Shown here one piece after another: positions 1-10,298 of a stretch of DNA of 64,000 nt. The stretch is from the NCBI GenBank assembly GCA_047601445.1, contig JASGJH010000001.1, positions 3,424,001-3,488,000 of the forward strand, given 5' to 3'. Every line of letters starts with the position of its first letter. The first letter of the stretch is position 1. Source of the stretch: Myxococcales bacterium. GTDB taxonomy: Bacteria > Myxococcota_A > Polyangia > Polyangiales > DASUME01. Position numbers and translations under genes: made by a program. The notes beneath the pieces were generated by a model. That model did no database searches, had not been told where the DNA came from, and worked only from the letters and a program-made list of their open reading frames with translations.

Positions 1-2
1 GG

Positions 3-3000
3 GCCGACTGGCTGGTGGGGATGAACCTGTCGCGGGCCTACACCTTGAAGGCGCAGAGCCAAACCGCGTTCGGTGAGAAGAGCCAAGTGTTCTCGGTGGG
101 GCGCGTGCAGACGCCTACCCTGGCGATGATCGTGGAGCGCGATCGCAGCATTCGGAGCTTCGTTCCCGAGGAGTATCTGGAGGTCGTGCTGTCGCTCTCG
201 CCGATCCCCGAGGGCCAGCTGTTCGAGGCGCGCTACGTGCGCTCCCCGGAGGATCGCGAGCCCAGTCGATTGCCGGTGAAGCCCAAGCTCGAGGGACAGC
301 TTGGCGGACGCGAAGAAGCCGAGGCGCTGTGCGCTCGCGCCCGCACGGGCGAGATCGCGGTGCAGGCGGTGGAGCGTGAGGAAAAGCGCGCTCGCCCCCA
401 GCTCTTGTACGACCTCACGGAGCTCCAGCGGCACGCGGCGCGTCTCTATGGCTTCTCGGCCAGCCGCACGCTGGAGATCGCCCAGCGTTTGTACGAGGAG
501 CACAAGCTACTCAGCTACCCGCGTACGGACAGTCGTCACCTCACGAGCGATGTGGCGCGCACGCTGCCGGAGATCGTGGCGGCCGTCCGCGCTCCCTACG
601 AGGCCTTGTTCGTGGTGGACCCGGCGCAGGGCTCACTCGGCAGGCGCTTCGTGGACGACGCCCAGGTACGCGACCACCACGCCATCATTCCCACGGGTAA
701 GCCGTGTCGCCTGGGCCAGAGTACCGACGAGTTCAAACTCTACGACCTGGTCGTGCGGCGACTGTTGGCTGCGTTCCAACCGGACTACGTCTGGGCAGTC
801 ACGTCGGTGCGCGTCGAGGTTAGCGCGAACGCGAGTTCCAGCGACGGTGCCGCCAAGTCGGGCTCCGCGCTCTCCGAGGCCACGGTCGATCACTACCTGG
901 CGCGCGGGACCACGGTGCTGGCCGAGGGCCACCGCCAGCTCGACGTGAAGCTACGGGGGCGCTTCGACTCAAACGCAGTCGAGACGGAGTTGCCGCCGCT
1001 TGCCGAGGGAGAAGCGTTGCGGCTCGAGCAAGCGCGCGGCGACGAAAAGCAGACTCGTCCGCCACCGCCCTTCAGCGAGGCCAGCCTGCTGACAGCCATG
1101 GAGACCGCGGGTCGGGCCCTGGACGACAAGGAACTCTCCGAAGTCATGCGTGAGCGTGGGCTCGGTACGCCAGCAACCCGCGCGGCCATCATCGAGACCT
1201 TGTTGGCCCGCAACTTCGTGGTGCGCGATCAAAAGAGCCTGCGCAGCACGGAACGCGGCGAGGCGCTGATCGAGGCGGTGCATCCGCACGTAAAGAGCGC
1301 CCAGATGACGGGCGAGTGGGAGCACAAGCTACGGCAAATCGAGCGCGGAAGCCTGCAGCTCGAGCGGTTCATGGACGAGATCGCGGACTACGTTCGCGAG
1401 GTGGTGGGCAGCGTGGGCCAGGGCATGCCTCCCACCAGCACCAGGTCGTCGAGCGCCGCGTCGCACGCGTCGGCCATGCCGCTCGCCGCACGCCCCGAAG
1501 GTCGTCCGGCTCGGGCGCGCGACGCCGATGCGGAGCCCTATCAAGCGCGGGCCCCAGGCAGCGAGCCGTACCAGGCGCGAGCGCATGGCGGCGAGTCTCC
1601 CGCAACTCGGGCACCGAGCGCAGCAGCCAGACCGCGCGCGCCCGTGGTGCCGGGCACTCCGCTCGTCGAAGTGCTCGAGCAGCGCTTTGGCTTCTCGTCT
1701 TTCCGCCCCCATCAACGCGAGATCTGCGAGCTACTGGTGGCCGGCAACGACGCGCTGTTGGTGATGCCCACGGGAGCGGGCAAGTCCCTGTGCTACCAGC
1801 TGCCGGGCGTGGCGCGCGGAGGCACCACGCTGGTGGTGAGCCCGCTCATCGCGCTGATCGAAGATCAGGTGAGCAAGTTGCGCGCTCAGGGCTTGGTGGC
1901 GGAGCGCATTCATTCGGGGTTGCCACGCGACGCCGCGCGTGAGGTTTGTCGCAACTACCTGCGGGGTGACCTGGACTTCCTCTTCATCGCGCCGGAGCGC
2001 CTGCGCGTTCCCGGCTTCACCGAATTACTCGAGAAGCGTCCGCCGGCGCTGATCGCGGTCGACGAGGCCCACTGCATCTCGCAATGGGGCCACGATTTCC
2101 GGCCAGACTATCGCATGCTGCGCGATCGCCTGCCGAGGCGCGGCGCAGGCCCGGTGGTCGCACTCACAGCCACAGCCACACCCGAAGTCCAGCGGGACAT
2201 CGTCGACCAGCTGGGCATCCCCGGCGCCGCGCGCTCCATCCATGGCTTCCGCCGGCACAACCTGGAGGTGCAGGTCGTGGAAGCATTGCCGCGGCTGCGC
2301 GAGGACCTCGCGCGCAGCGTGCTCGGGCAAGCGGGACGACTCCCCGCCATCGTGTACGCACCCACTCGGAGTCGGGCCGATGAGGTCGCCGCGGCCCTCG
2401 GACAACGCTTCCGCTGCGCCGCCTATCACGCGGGCATGGATGGCAGCGCCCGTGAGCGCGTGCTGAGTGCGTTTCTTTCGGGACAGCTGGACGTGGTCGT
2501 GGCCACCATCGCCTTCGGCATGGGCGTCGACAAGGCCGACGTGCGCACCGTGCTGCACATGTCGAGTCCGGGCAGCGTCGAGGGTTACTACCAGGAAATC
2601 GGCCGGGCGGGGCGCGATGGCAAGCCCTCGTTGGCATTGCTGCTCACCTCGGCCGGCGACCGCCGCACCCACGAGTTCTTTTTCGAGCGCGACTACCCGG
2701 ACACGAGTGAACTCGAGCGGGTGTACTCCAAGCTCTCGGAGTCCCCCGTCTTCAAGGGCTCCTTGGCGCGCGTGCTCAAGCTCGAGGACGAAGTGCTCGA
2801 CCGCATCCTCGACAAGCTGTGGGTGCACGGGGGCGCGCGCATCGATCACGACGACCAAATCGTGCGGGGTCATGCCGAATTCCGCCGCACCTACCCCAAG
2901 CACCGTGCGAGCCGCGCCGCCCAGATCGCGCACATGGCCCGGTACATTCACACCGAAGAGTGCCGCATGCTGGCCCTGATCCGGCACTTCGGCGACGACG

Positions 3001-3392
3001 AAGATCTGGGCAAGCCGTGCGGCAACTGCGATCGCTGCCGACCCGAGCGGCGCCTGTTCGCGGGCCAGGCAGCGGAGCCCCAACCGCGCCCGCGCGCGGC
3101 CCGCACCCGCGGCTCGGAGCGGCGCACGCGAGCACGCCCCAACTACGACGACGTGGCCTCGGTGGAGGCCCCCGCCAAGCTCGTGGAGGCCCTGCGCACC
3201 TTCCGGCGTGAGGAAGCTCGGGCGCGGTCCATTCCGGCCTTTCGGGTGCTCACCGATCGCGTGCTCTTTGCCCTGGCCGAGGGCTGTCCGGCGAGCGAAG
3301 CGGAGCTGTTGGAGATCCAGGGCGTGGGACCGGCCCTGGCCAAGAAGTACGGCCCACGGTTGATCGCCATCGTGCGCGAGTGCACCCGCTGA
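3..3392 (+). CDS. topB: DNA topoisomerase III - RecQ helicase fusion protein (5' partial; TOPRIM domain lies upstream of the window)
   Basis: Frame is open from base 3 ([14 protein letters not shown]). Topo IA motifs: [18 protein letters not shown] (catalytic Tyr), [22 protein letters not shown]. After a low-complexity linker come RecQ motifs: [61 protein letters not shown], Zn-binding CRM...CGNCDRC, and a C-terminal HRDC-like segment. Confidence 0.95.
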   Translation, partial: ADWLVGMNLSRAYTLKAQSQTAFGEKSQVFSVGRVQTPTLAMIVERDRSIRSFVPEEYLEVVLSLSPIPEGQLFEARYVRSPEDREPSRLPVKPKLEGQLGGREEAEALCARARTGEIAVQAVEREEKRARPQLLYDLTELQRHAARLYGFSASRTLEIAQRLYEEHKLLSYPRTDSRHLTSDVARTLPEIVAAVRAPYEALFVVDPAQGSLGRRFVDDAQVRDHHAIIPTGKPCRLGQSTDEFKLYDLVVRRLLAAFQPDYVWAVTSVRVEVSANASSSDGAAKSGSALSEATVDHYLARGTTVLAEGHRQLDVKLRGRFDSNAVETELPPLAEGEALRLEQARGDEKQTRPPPPFSEASLLTAMETAGRALDDKELSEVMRERGLGTPATRAAIIETLLARNFVVRDQKSLRSTERGEALIEAVHPHVKSAQMTGEWEHKLRQIERGSLQLERFMDEIADYVREVVGSVGQGMPPTSTRSSSAASHASAMPLAARPEGRPARARDADAEPYQARAPGSEPYQARAHGGESPATRAPSAAARPRAPVVPGTPLVEVLEQRFGFSSFRPHQREICELLVAGNDALLVMPTGAGKSLCYQLPGVARGGTTLVVSPLIALIEDQVSKLRAQGLVAERIHSGLPRDAAREVCRNYLRGDLDFLFIAPERLRVPGFTELLEKRPPALIAVDEAHCISQWGHDFRPDYRMLRDRLPRRGAGPVVALTATATPEVQRDIVDQLGIPGAARSIHGFRRHNLEVQVVEALPRLREDLARSVLGQAGRLPAIVYAPTRSRADEVAAALGQRFRCAAYHAGMDGSARERVLSAFLSGQLDVVVATIAFGMGVDKADVRTVLHMSSPGSVEGYYQEIGRAGRDGKPSLALLLTSAGDRRTHEFFFERDYPDTSELERVYSKLSESPVFKGSLARVLKLEDEVLDRILDKLWVHGGARIDHDDQIVRGHAEFRRTYPKHRASRAAQIAHMARYIHTEECRMLALIRHFGDDEDLGKPCGNCDRCRPERRLFAGQAAEPQPRPRAARTRGSERRTRARPNYDDVASVEAPAKLVEALRTFRREEARARSIPAFRVLTDRVLFALAEGCPASEAELLEIQGVGPALAKKYGPRLIAIVRECTR

Positions 3393-3445
3393 GAGCTCCG
3401 CTTCGAGGTTGGCAGTCGCGAAAAATTCGCCATGCTGGGCGCGCC

Positions 3446-5182
3446 ATGTCGGGCCCATCCACCTCAGGTTTCCGTGCCGCACTCTGGCTGTGTTCGTGCC
3501 TGAGCCTCATGGTCTACAAGGCCGTGACGGTGCTGCCCGTGTCCCCCGGGGGAGCCGCGAGTTCGCTGTTCGTCGAGGCCGCCTTCATGGGGCTGATCTT
3601 GGGCTCGTTTCAGCTCTTGGCCCACCTGTTACCGCGTGCCGATCGGCTCCTGGGCTGGGTCTTCGGAGTGCTGATGCTGGTGTGTCTCACCTTCTTCACC
3701 TCGCACGCCTACTTCTTCGCGTCAGCGGCCGAACGTCGCTTCTCGCCTCTCGACGTCGATCTCGCGGCCATTGGGTATTTCTTCAGTCACGTGTTGCCGC
3801 TCGACGGACTCGCCGCGTTACTCGCGACGGCACTGGTGAGCTTTGGCGGCGCCACCTGGATTTCGCGCCGGACCGACCTCAGCGCGTCACGGGCCTTCCG
3901 TGCAACGCTCGCGGTTCCGCTTCTGGCATCCATGGCACTCGTGGGGTGGGCGCCGCGCGTGCCCTCCCCCGTGATGGACATGGCCTACGGCGTCGTCGAG
4001 GATCTGCGCACGCCCAGGCTCGACCTCTCCGGCGTGCGAGCGCTCCCGGGTTCGCCCGCCGAGCTGGACCTCTCGGCACACTTGCTCGACACTCCTGCCC
4101 GCGACGAGCTCGGCTTCGCCCGCGTCTTGGTGTTCGTCATGGAGACGATGACCGCCGAGAACTTCGAGCGCGAACGCAAGGCACTGCCGAGCGCGAGCTT
4201 CGTGAACGCCATGCGCAGCCACAGTCGGCGCTACACCCGCTACTTCCCGAGCAATCAAGACAGTCGCACGGGCATGCTCGGCATGCTGTCCTCGAGGCTC
4301 ATCCCCTACGAGGCCTATACGGAAGTGGGGCGCGATCACTATCTCTACCTGGCGAAGCGCCCCTCCTTGGTGGACGCCATGCGCGCACGCGGCTACCAGA
4401 CCGCCTTCGCGGTATCCCAGGATGAGATCGAGCTGGTGGTGGGAGACATGCCCTGGCAGCGCGTGCTCCATCTCGACCAGGCCGCTCTCGAACGAGCGCG
4501 CAAGGCAGGCCAGCTGTGCTTCGTGCCCTACGAGTTCGAGCACAGCTGCGAGGACTTGGCCCTGTTGCCGCAGGTGCTCGAGCTCATCGACCAGCACCCC
4601 AGGTTGTTCCTCTACCAAGAGTTCGTGTGGGGCCACGCCTCGGAGTACAACGAAGCTTCCGGCAAGACCAACACCGCCTACTACTCCCAGTACCTCGACG
4701 CCGTCGTCGCGCACCTGTCCGCGAAGGGGTTGCTCGAGGACACCTTGATCGTGCTCACCTCGGATCACGGCTTTCGCGACACGAGTTTACAGGGCGATCC
4801 CGAGGTGGTGCGCATCCCCCTGCTGTTCCACGCGCCTCGCTTCGCAGAGCACGAGGACGAGCGGCTATTCGCTCACATGGACTTCGCTCAACTGCTCTTC
4901 CACGCGCTGGCTGCTCAGCAGCCCGAGCCGCGCGAGCGCCCCTTCACGCTGGTGGTGGGACCCACGGGCTCGTCCTTCGTGCTGGGACTGACGCGAGAGC
5001 GCGAACTGATGTGGTTCAAGACGAGCGCCGACAAGCAGCTCCTTCTGCGCCACGTGATGCTCGACCGCCAGGGCAAGCCCGTGCGCGCGCTCGAAGACAC
5101 CACGCGCCCGGCGGGCTTCCTCAAGCTCTTCTACGACTATCGCGCCCACTTCGATGCCCAGGGCATCCCGGCCACGCCCTGA
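3446..5182 (+). CDS. Membrane-anchored sulfatase/alkaline-phosphatase superfamily protein (LTA-synthase-like architecture)
   Basis: About 5 N-terminal hydrophobic helices, then VLVFVMET and DTLIVLTSDHG metal-site motifs. ATG 3446 preferred as start. Confidence 0.75.
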   Translation: MSGPSTSGFRAALWLCSCLSLMVYKAVTVLPVSPGGAASSLFVEAAFMGLILGSFQLLAHLLPRADRLLGWVFGVLMLVCLTFFTSHAYFFASAAERRFSPLDVDLAAIGYFFSHVLPLDGLAALLATALVSFGGATWISRRTDLSASRAFRATLAVPLLASMALVGWAPRVPSPVMDMAYGVVEDLRTPRLDLSGVRALPGSPAELDLSAHLLDTPARDELGFARVLVFVMETMTAENFERERKALPSASFVNAMRSHSRRYTRYFPSNQDSRTGMLGMLSSRLIPYEAYTEVGRDHYLYLAKRPSLVDAMRARGYQTAFAVSQDEIELVVGDMPWQRVLHLDQAALERARKAGQLCFVPYEFEHSCEDLALLPQVLELIDQHPRLFLYQEFVWGHASEYNEASGKTNTAYYSQYLDAVVAHLSAKGLLEDTLIVLTSDHGFRDTSLQGDPEVVRIPLLFHAPRFAEHEDERLFAHMDFAQLLFHALAAQQPEPRERPFTLVVGPTGSSFVLGLTRERELMWFKTSADKQLLLRHVMLDRQGKPVRALEDTTRPAGFLKLFYDYRAHFDAQGIPATP

Positions 5183-5220
5183 GTTGACCAGTTGCACGTG
5201 CTCGGCCACGCTGCTCGGCC

Positions 5221-6399
5221 ATGTCGTCTCGCCCGCTCGTGGGTCTCGCCGCCCTGTTCACCATCATGCTGGTGATCTCCGTCGTCCGGCTGTCGGCGCG
5301 CGTGGAGGAGCTCGAGTCCCAATATCACGGGCCCAATACGGCTGCGCAGACGCCCGCACCGTCGCAGCCGCAGCTGCCACGCCCGGCCCCGGCCGTGCCT
5401 CAGCCGGTGATCCCGCGCGGGGATCTCTCGGAGCTGGAGAAGTCCACCATCGGGTTGTTCTCCGCGCGCTCGGCCAACGTCGTGCACATCACCACGGTGC
5501 AGGTGCGCACCGATCCGTTCCGTCGCAACGCGCTCGAGGTTCCGCGCGGCACCGGTTCCGGCTTCATCTGGGACGTCGCGGGCCACGTGGTCACCAACTT
5601 CCACGTCATCCAGGGCGCCGACGGAGCGCGCGTCACACTTCACGACCGCAGCGTATGGCCCGCGAAGCCCGTGGGGGTCTCACCGCGCAACGACATCGCG
5701 GTGTTGCGCATCGAGACCTCGGGGGCCGCTCTCACTCCGATTCAGCTCGGCAGCTCCCATGACCTGTCCGTGGGCCAACAAGTGTTCGCCATCGGCAGCC
5801 CCTTCGGGCTCGATTACACGCTCTCCACCGGTATCATCAGCGGACTCGGCCGTGAGATCGAGGGCATCACCGGCATCCCCATCACCGGCGCCATCCAGAC
5901 CGACGCCGCCATCAATCCGGGTAACTCGGGTGGCCCCCTGCTCGACTCGAGCGGCCGCCTGATCGGCATGAACACCTCCATCCTGAGCCCTTCCGGCGCC
6001 TCCGCTGGCATCGGCTTCGCAGTGCCCGCCGACACCATCGGGCGCGTGGTGCCCCAGCTTATCCAGTACGGACGCGAGATTCGCCCCAGCATCGGCGTCG
6101 AGCTCGCGGAGGACGCCATCGTGCAACGCTTCGGCCTCCAAGGCGCGCTCGTGCTCAACGTGGTCCCGAACAGCCCCGCCGCGAAGGCAGGTCTCAAGCC
6201 CACCGTTCAAGACGCTTCGGGGCGCATCAGCCTGGGGGATCTGATCATCGCCGTCGACGGAGGGCCCGTGACCAAGAACGCGGACCTGTTCCTGGCCCTC
6301 GAGAAGCACAAGGAAGGCGAGCGCGCCAAGCTCAGCCTGCAGCGCGGCAACTCCATGGTCGAGGTGGAAGTCGAACTCGTGCTGAACGTGGGGAACTAG
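5221..6399 (+). CDS. HtrA/DegP-family trypsin-like serine protease with PDZ domain
   Basis: GTGSGFIWD, VVTNFHVI, IQTDAAINPGNSGGPLLD; C-terminal PDZ (PNSPAAKAGL...GDLIIAVDG); N-terminal membrane anchor. Confidence 0.93.
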   Translation: MSSRPLVGLAALFTIMLVISVVRLSARVEELESQYHGPNTAAQTPAPSQPQLPRPAPAVPQPVIPRGDLSELEKSTIGLFSARSANVVHITTVQVRTDPFRRNALEVPRGTGSGFIWDVAGHVVTNFHVIQGADGARVTLHDRSVWPAKPVGVSPRNDIAVLRIETSGAALTPIQLGSSHDLSVGQQVFAIGSPFGLDYTLSTGIISGLGREIEGITGIPITGAIQTDAAINPGNSGGPLLDSSGRLIGMNTSILSPSGASAGIGFAVPADTIGRVVPQLIQYGREIRPSIGVELAEDAIVQRFGLQGALVLNVVPNSPAAKAGLKPTVQDASGRISLGDLIIAVDGGPVTKNADLFLALEKHKEGERAKLSLQRGNSMVEVEVELVLNVGN

Positions 6400-6445
6400 T
6401 TCGACGGAAGGTGACCGCGCAGCGGAGGGGACCCCAGCGCTGCTG

Positions 6446-8101
6446 TCAGACTCCGAAGCGCTGCGCGATGGGGTAGCGTCGGCCCGAGCCGAAAGCCTTG
6501 CGGGTCAGGATCAAGCCCGGCGCCATTTGCCTGCGCTTGTACTCGTTGAGGCGCACCAGACGCACGATACGCTTCACCGTGTCCGCGTCGTAGCCACGCG
6601 CGATGATCTCGTCGGCCGACTCGTGATCTTCCACGTGCAGCTCGAGGATGGCATCGAGTACGTCGTAGGGCGGCAGCGAGTCCTGATCTGTCTGGTTGGG
6701 GCGTAGCTCCGCACTGGGCGCCTTGGTCAAGGTGCTCTCGGGGATCACGCTGCGCCCCGCCTGGCGGTTGAATTCGCGCGACATCGCGTAGACGAAGGTC
6801 TTGGGGGCGTCGGCGATCACCGCGAGTGCGCCCGCCATGTCGCCGTACAGCGTGCAGTAGCCCACCGCCACTTCGCTCTTGTTGCCCGTGGTGAGCAGCA
6901 AAGAGCCGAGCCGGTTGGAGAGTGCCATCAAGACGTTGCCGCGGATGCGCGCCTGAATGTTTTCGTAGGTGACGTCGCCGGGCTTCGCTTCTCCGAGCGC
7001 GTCGAGGTGTGGCGGGAGCTCTGCGAGATAGCTCTGGAACAGGGCCTCGATGGAGATCTCTCGAAAGCGAATGCCGAGCTGGCTCGCGAGCTCGGCGGCA
7101 TCCTCGCGGCTGTGCTCCGACGAGTAGCGCGTGGGCAGCGCGACGCCGAGCACATGCTCCGGTCCCAGGGCACGCACGGCGATGGCTGCGGTGAGCGCGC
7201 TGTCGATGCCACCGGAAAGGCCGAGCAACACGCTCGAGAAACCGGTCTTGTGGACGTAGTCGCGGGTGCCCATGGCGAGCGCCTCGAGGGCCGCGGCTTC
7301 GTCACTCTCGGGCACCTCGGCGATGGGCCCTCCGCTCTCCACCGAAGCCACCAGGAAGTCTTCCTCGAAGGCCCGCGCGCGCGCGATGAGCCTGCCGCTC
7401 GGATGAAAGACCGCGGACTGCCCATCGAACAGCACGTCATCGTTGGCGCCCACCTGGTTGACGAACACCACCGGCAGCTGATGCGCGCGCGCCACCTCGC
7501 TCAGCATCTGGGCACGCCCCTCGCGCTTGTGCAGCGTGAACGGAGAGGCCGAGACGTTGATCAGCAGGTCGGCGCCCTCCGTGACCAGATCCGACACAGG
7601 ATTCACCGCGTAGCGCGGCACGCGCAGGGCGCTGCGGTCGGCCCAGATGTCCTCGCAGATGGGCACCCCCACGCGGGACTTCCCCAGCGTGAACAGCAGC
7701 GAGCGCTCGCCCTCCGCGAAGAAGCGCTGGTCATCGAATACGTCGTACGTGGGCAGCAGACGCTTGCGCCCCACCGCTTCGATGCACCCGCCGCGCACCA
7801 GCGCCACCGCGTTGAATAGGCCCGGTCGATCGCTGGCCGGTGCGCTCTCCACGAACCCCACCAGGCACGCGAGCTCGCGCGGCAGCCGGCCCACGAGCTC
7901 GTGCAGGCTGGCCGTCACGGCGCGCAGGAACGCCGGGCGATCCAGCAGGTCACGCGGCGGATAACCCACCAGGGCGAGCTCGGGAAACACCGCCAGGTCG
8001 GCGCCTTCCGCACGGGCACGCTCGGCTCCCTGCAGGATTTTCAGGCTGTTGCCCGCGAGGTCGCCCACGGTCGGGTTGATTTGACAGAGTGCCACACGCA
8101 T
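6446..8101 (-). CDS. nadE: Glutamine-dependent NAD+ synthetase
   Basis: Nitrilase-like N-domain (VFPEL, ICEDIW); synthetase motifs LGLSGGIDSA, ENIQARIRG, TTGNKSE, GYCTLYGDM, PSAELRPNQ, EYKRRQ. Confidence 0.96.
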   Translation of the reverse strand: MRVALCQINPTVGDLAGNSLKILQGAERARAEGADLAVFPELALVGYPPRDLLDRPAFLRAVTASLHELVGRLPRELACLVGFVESAPASDRPGLFNAVALVRGGCIEAVGRKRLLPTYDVFDDQRFFAEGERSLLFTLGKSRVGVPICEDIWADRSALRVPRYAVNPVSDLVTEGADLLINVSASPFTLHKREGRAQMLSEVARAHQLPVVFVNQVGANDDVLFDGQSAVFHPSGRLIARARAFEEDFLVASVESGGPIAEVPESDEAAALEALAMGTRDYVHKTGFSSVLLGLSGGIDSALTAAIAVRALGPEHVLGVALPTRYSSEHSREDAAELASQLGIRFREISIEALFQSYLAELPPHLDALGEAKPGDVTYENIQARIRGNVLMALSNRLGSLLLTTGNKSEVAVGYCTLYGDMAGALAVIADAPKTFVYAMSREFNRQAGRSVIPESTLTKAPSAELRPNQTDQDSLPPYDVLDAILELHVEDHESADEIIARGYDADTVKRIVRLVRLNEYKRRQMAPGLILTRKAFGSGRRYPIAQRFGV

Positions 8102-8152
8102 TGCCCAGGCAGTGTGCGAGTGAACCGTGACTCCGACAAGCGAGCATGCTTC

Positions 8153-8331
8153 TGCACGGGGAGGTCACGCGACCTCCCCGCCCGTCGCGGTTGTTGCACG
8201 GGGAGGTCACGCGACCTCCCCGCCCGTCGCGGCTGTTGCACGGGGAGGTCACGCGACCTCCCCGCCCGTCGCGGCTGTTGCACGGGGAGGTCACGCGACC
8301 TCCCCGCCCGTCGCGGCAAAGCCGCGACGGG
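8153..8331. repeat. Tandem array, 4 x 42 bp palindromic unit, ending in an 11-bp hairpin
   Basis: Unit TGCACGGGGAGGTCACGCGACCTCCCCGCCCGTCGCGGYTGT starts at 8153, 8195, 8237 and 8279. Each unit holds a 10-bp stem CGGGGAGGTC/GACCTCCCCG. The last copy runs into CCCGTCGCGGC-AAA-GCCGCGACGGG. Confidence 0.95.
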
Positions 8332-8332
8332 A

Positions 8333-8525
8333 CCCACCCCACCGCGAGGTTCGCTTCGCTCACTGCGACGCGACCCACCCCACCGCGAGGTTCGCTTCGC
8401 TCACTGCGACGCGACCCACCCCACCGCGAGGTTCGCTTCGCTCACTGCGACGCGACCATCCCACCGCGAGGTTCGCTTCGCTCACTGCGACGCGATCCGC
8501 TCCACCGCGGGTTCGCTTCGTTCAC
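8333..8525. repeat. Tandem array, about 5 x 41 bp unit
   Basis: CCCACCCCACCGCGAGGTTCGCTTCGCTCACTGCGACGCGA at 8333, 8374 and 8415 (exact), 8456 (40-bp variant) and 8496 (degenerate, partial). Confidence 0.95.
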
Positions 8526-8549
8526 GAGGCGTCCTGTTTCGCGCGAACC

Positions 8550-10295
8550 TCACTGGGCGCGCGCTGCACCGTGCTTGGCGTCGCCCGGCGTGACCACGAC
8601 CAGCGCGTAGTCGGAGGGATTGAGGTTGGGCGGAACCGCGAACGAGCCGTGGAACTTTCCCTCGGCGTCCGAGACCACCACGCCCAGGAGCACCGCGTGG
8701 GTGCCCATCGGTTGAGCCAGGGACACCTCTACGCGCAGCCCGGGCACCGCACTGCCCGCCGGGGTCTGCGAGCTGCCCTCCACCTCGAACACGCTGCCGC
8801 GCATGACCTCGGGGATGAAGCGGCTCACGCGCAGCACGATGGGCTCGCGGTTGTCGGAGAGCGGTGTCTCGGAGCTCACGCTCTGGCCCTGAGCCAGCGT
8901 GGGCTTGAGCCGCATGTCCCCGGGGCGTCGCACCTCGTCGCCCTTCTCGAGCTGACCGGTGCCTGCCCCCGCCTGGGCCATCAGCTCTGCCGCGCGTGAG
9001 TAGCTCTCTTCGTAGGCCAGCGGGCGCGGCCACGGGTCCGAGACGGCAGGACGATAGTGCTCGCGGTCACGCACCGAGCGTGGATCGAGCCCCGCCGCGG
9101 CGCCGCCCAGGTCGAGCCGCAGCCAGCCGACTTCGGGCAGCTTCAGCTCCGCCCAGGCGTGGGCCTCGTTCTGCACGAAGCGACACGGAATGCCGAGCGC
9201 CTGGGCCGTGATCACGAAGGCATAGGTGCGGTGGCGGCAGACTCCGCGCTTGTTGCGCGCGAGATCCAGGTAAATGTTGCCGGTATCGCGCGGCGGTTCC
9301 CGGGACTCCTCGAAGGCCCGAAAGTGCTCGACCAGGGTCTTGAGCACGGCGTTGGCCGGCATGTCCGGTCGCAGCTTCAGCTCACGCAGGACGCGCCCTG
9401 CGTCGCCGCGCACGCTCTCCGGAAGGGGCGGGACTTCGCGCGCGAGGCTGTCGGCGCGACTGTCGGGCAACGCAGCCCCGAAATAGCTGCGAGGTGCGTC
9501 GAGCACGTAGGTGACGCGTACCTGGCTGGCGGGCGTGCCCTGGGCGATGATCACGAAGTTGTCGGCGGCGTCGCGCTCCACGCGCAGCGAGGTCAGTGGC
9601 TCGCTCGAGAGGGTGAGGATGCGCGACTCGGGCGAGACCGTGGGTAGGGGCAGCACGTTGCCCTCGGTGAAGTCGAGCACCACGCTGCCCCAGAAGCGAT
9701 CACGCTCCCGGGAGTCGGGCGGTTCCGCGCCGAGGCCCTCGATGCGCACCGGCACGCGCGAGGCATCGCTCACGAGCAACACCGGCGTGGTGCCGTCGAG
9801 AGCCACCGAGTCGAGCGCCGTCACGCGCTTGAAGGGCGTGATGGCGGGGGTGAACACCTCGTAGTAGCCCAGGGTGCCCTCGAGCTCCGTGATGCGATCG
9901 GGCCGAAACCCCACCGAACGTCGACCGGGCTGCTCCGCGCCCATCCCGTCGCCCGAGCCCGCCAGCATCGGCTTCTCTTCCCCTTCGCGCAGGGGACCTC
10001 CGGCCGGCGGCAGCACGGACTTGCCGCCCGAGGTCACGGCGTCGTCGAGGCCCGCCCCAAAGGCATCGAGCTCACGTGGGTCATAGCGAGGGATGTAGGT
10101 GTGCGGCGCCGCGGAATCACAGGCCCCCACCAACAAGAACGCCACAAAAACCAGCCGACCGCGGAAAAGCTCGGCGCAAGCAAGCCAGCCACGGGCGGGT
10201 GACCGTGGATGTTCATCGCGACTCACCCACCGCGCACCTGCGTCGCTCGGGGTTCGGCTGTATGCTGGTCGAGGGGACCAAACCGGGTCCATCAA
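8550..10295 (-). CDS. Transglutaminase-like (Cys-His-Asp) domain protein, probably a lipoprotein; start uncertain
   Basis: GVCRHR...NEAHAWAE...WLRLD triad; lipobox-like LLVGAC near residue 58. Confidence 0.8.
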   Translation of the reverse strand: MMDPVWSPRPAYSRTPSDAGARWVSRDEHPRSPARGWLACAELFRGRLVFVAFLLVGACDSAAPHTYIPRYDPRELDAFGAGLDDAVTSGGKSVLPPAGGPLREGEEKPMLAGSGDGMGAEQPGRRSVGFRPDRITELEGTLGYYEVFTPAITPFKRVTALDSVALDGTTPVLLVSDASRVPVRIEGLGAEPPDSRERDRFWGSVVLDFTEGNVLPLPTVSPESRILTLSSEPLTSLRVERDAADNFVIIAQGTPASQVRVTYVLDAPRSYFGAALPDSRADSLAREVPPLPESVRGDAGRVLRELKLRPDMPANAVLKTLVEHFRAFEESREPPRDTGNIYLDLARNKRGVCRHRTYAFVITAQALGIPCRFVQNEAHAWAELKLPEVGWLRLDLGGAAAGLDPRSVRDREHYRPAVSDPWPRPLAYEESYSRAAELMAQAGAGTGQLEKGDEVRRPGDMRLKPTLAQGQSVSSETPLSDNREPIVLRVSRFIPEVMRGSVFEVEGSSQTPAGSAVPGLRVEVSLAQPMGTHAVLLGVVVSDAEGKFHGSFAVPPNLNPSDYALVVVTPGDAKHGAARAQ

Positions 10296-10298
10296 GGC

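Noticed and set aside
3..3392. Reverse gyrase
   Set aside because: Domain order is topoisomerase then helicase, and the helicase has RecQ-specific motifs and HRDC.
8153..8525. CRISPR array
   Set aside because: Units are head-to-tail with no unique spacers, and there are no cas genes in the window.
7901..8999. ORFs with repeated peptides across the tandem array
   Set aside because: They are translations of the DNA repeats in several frames and overlap nadE or the transglutaminase gene.
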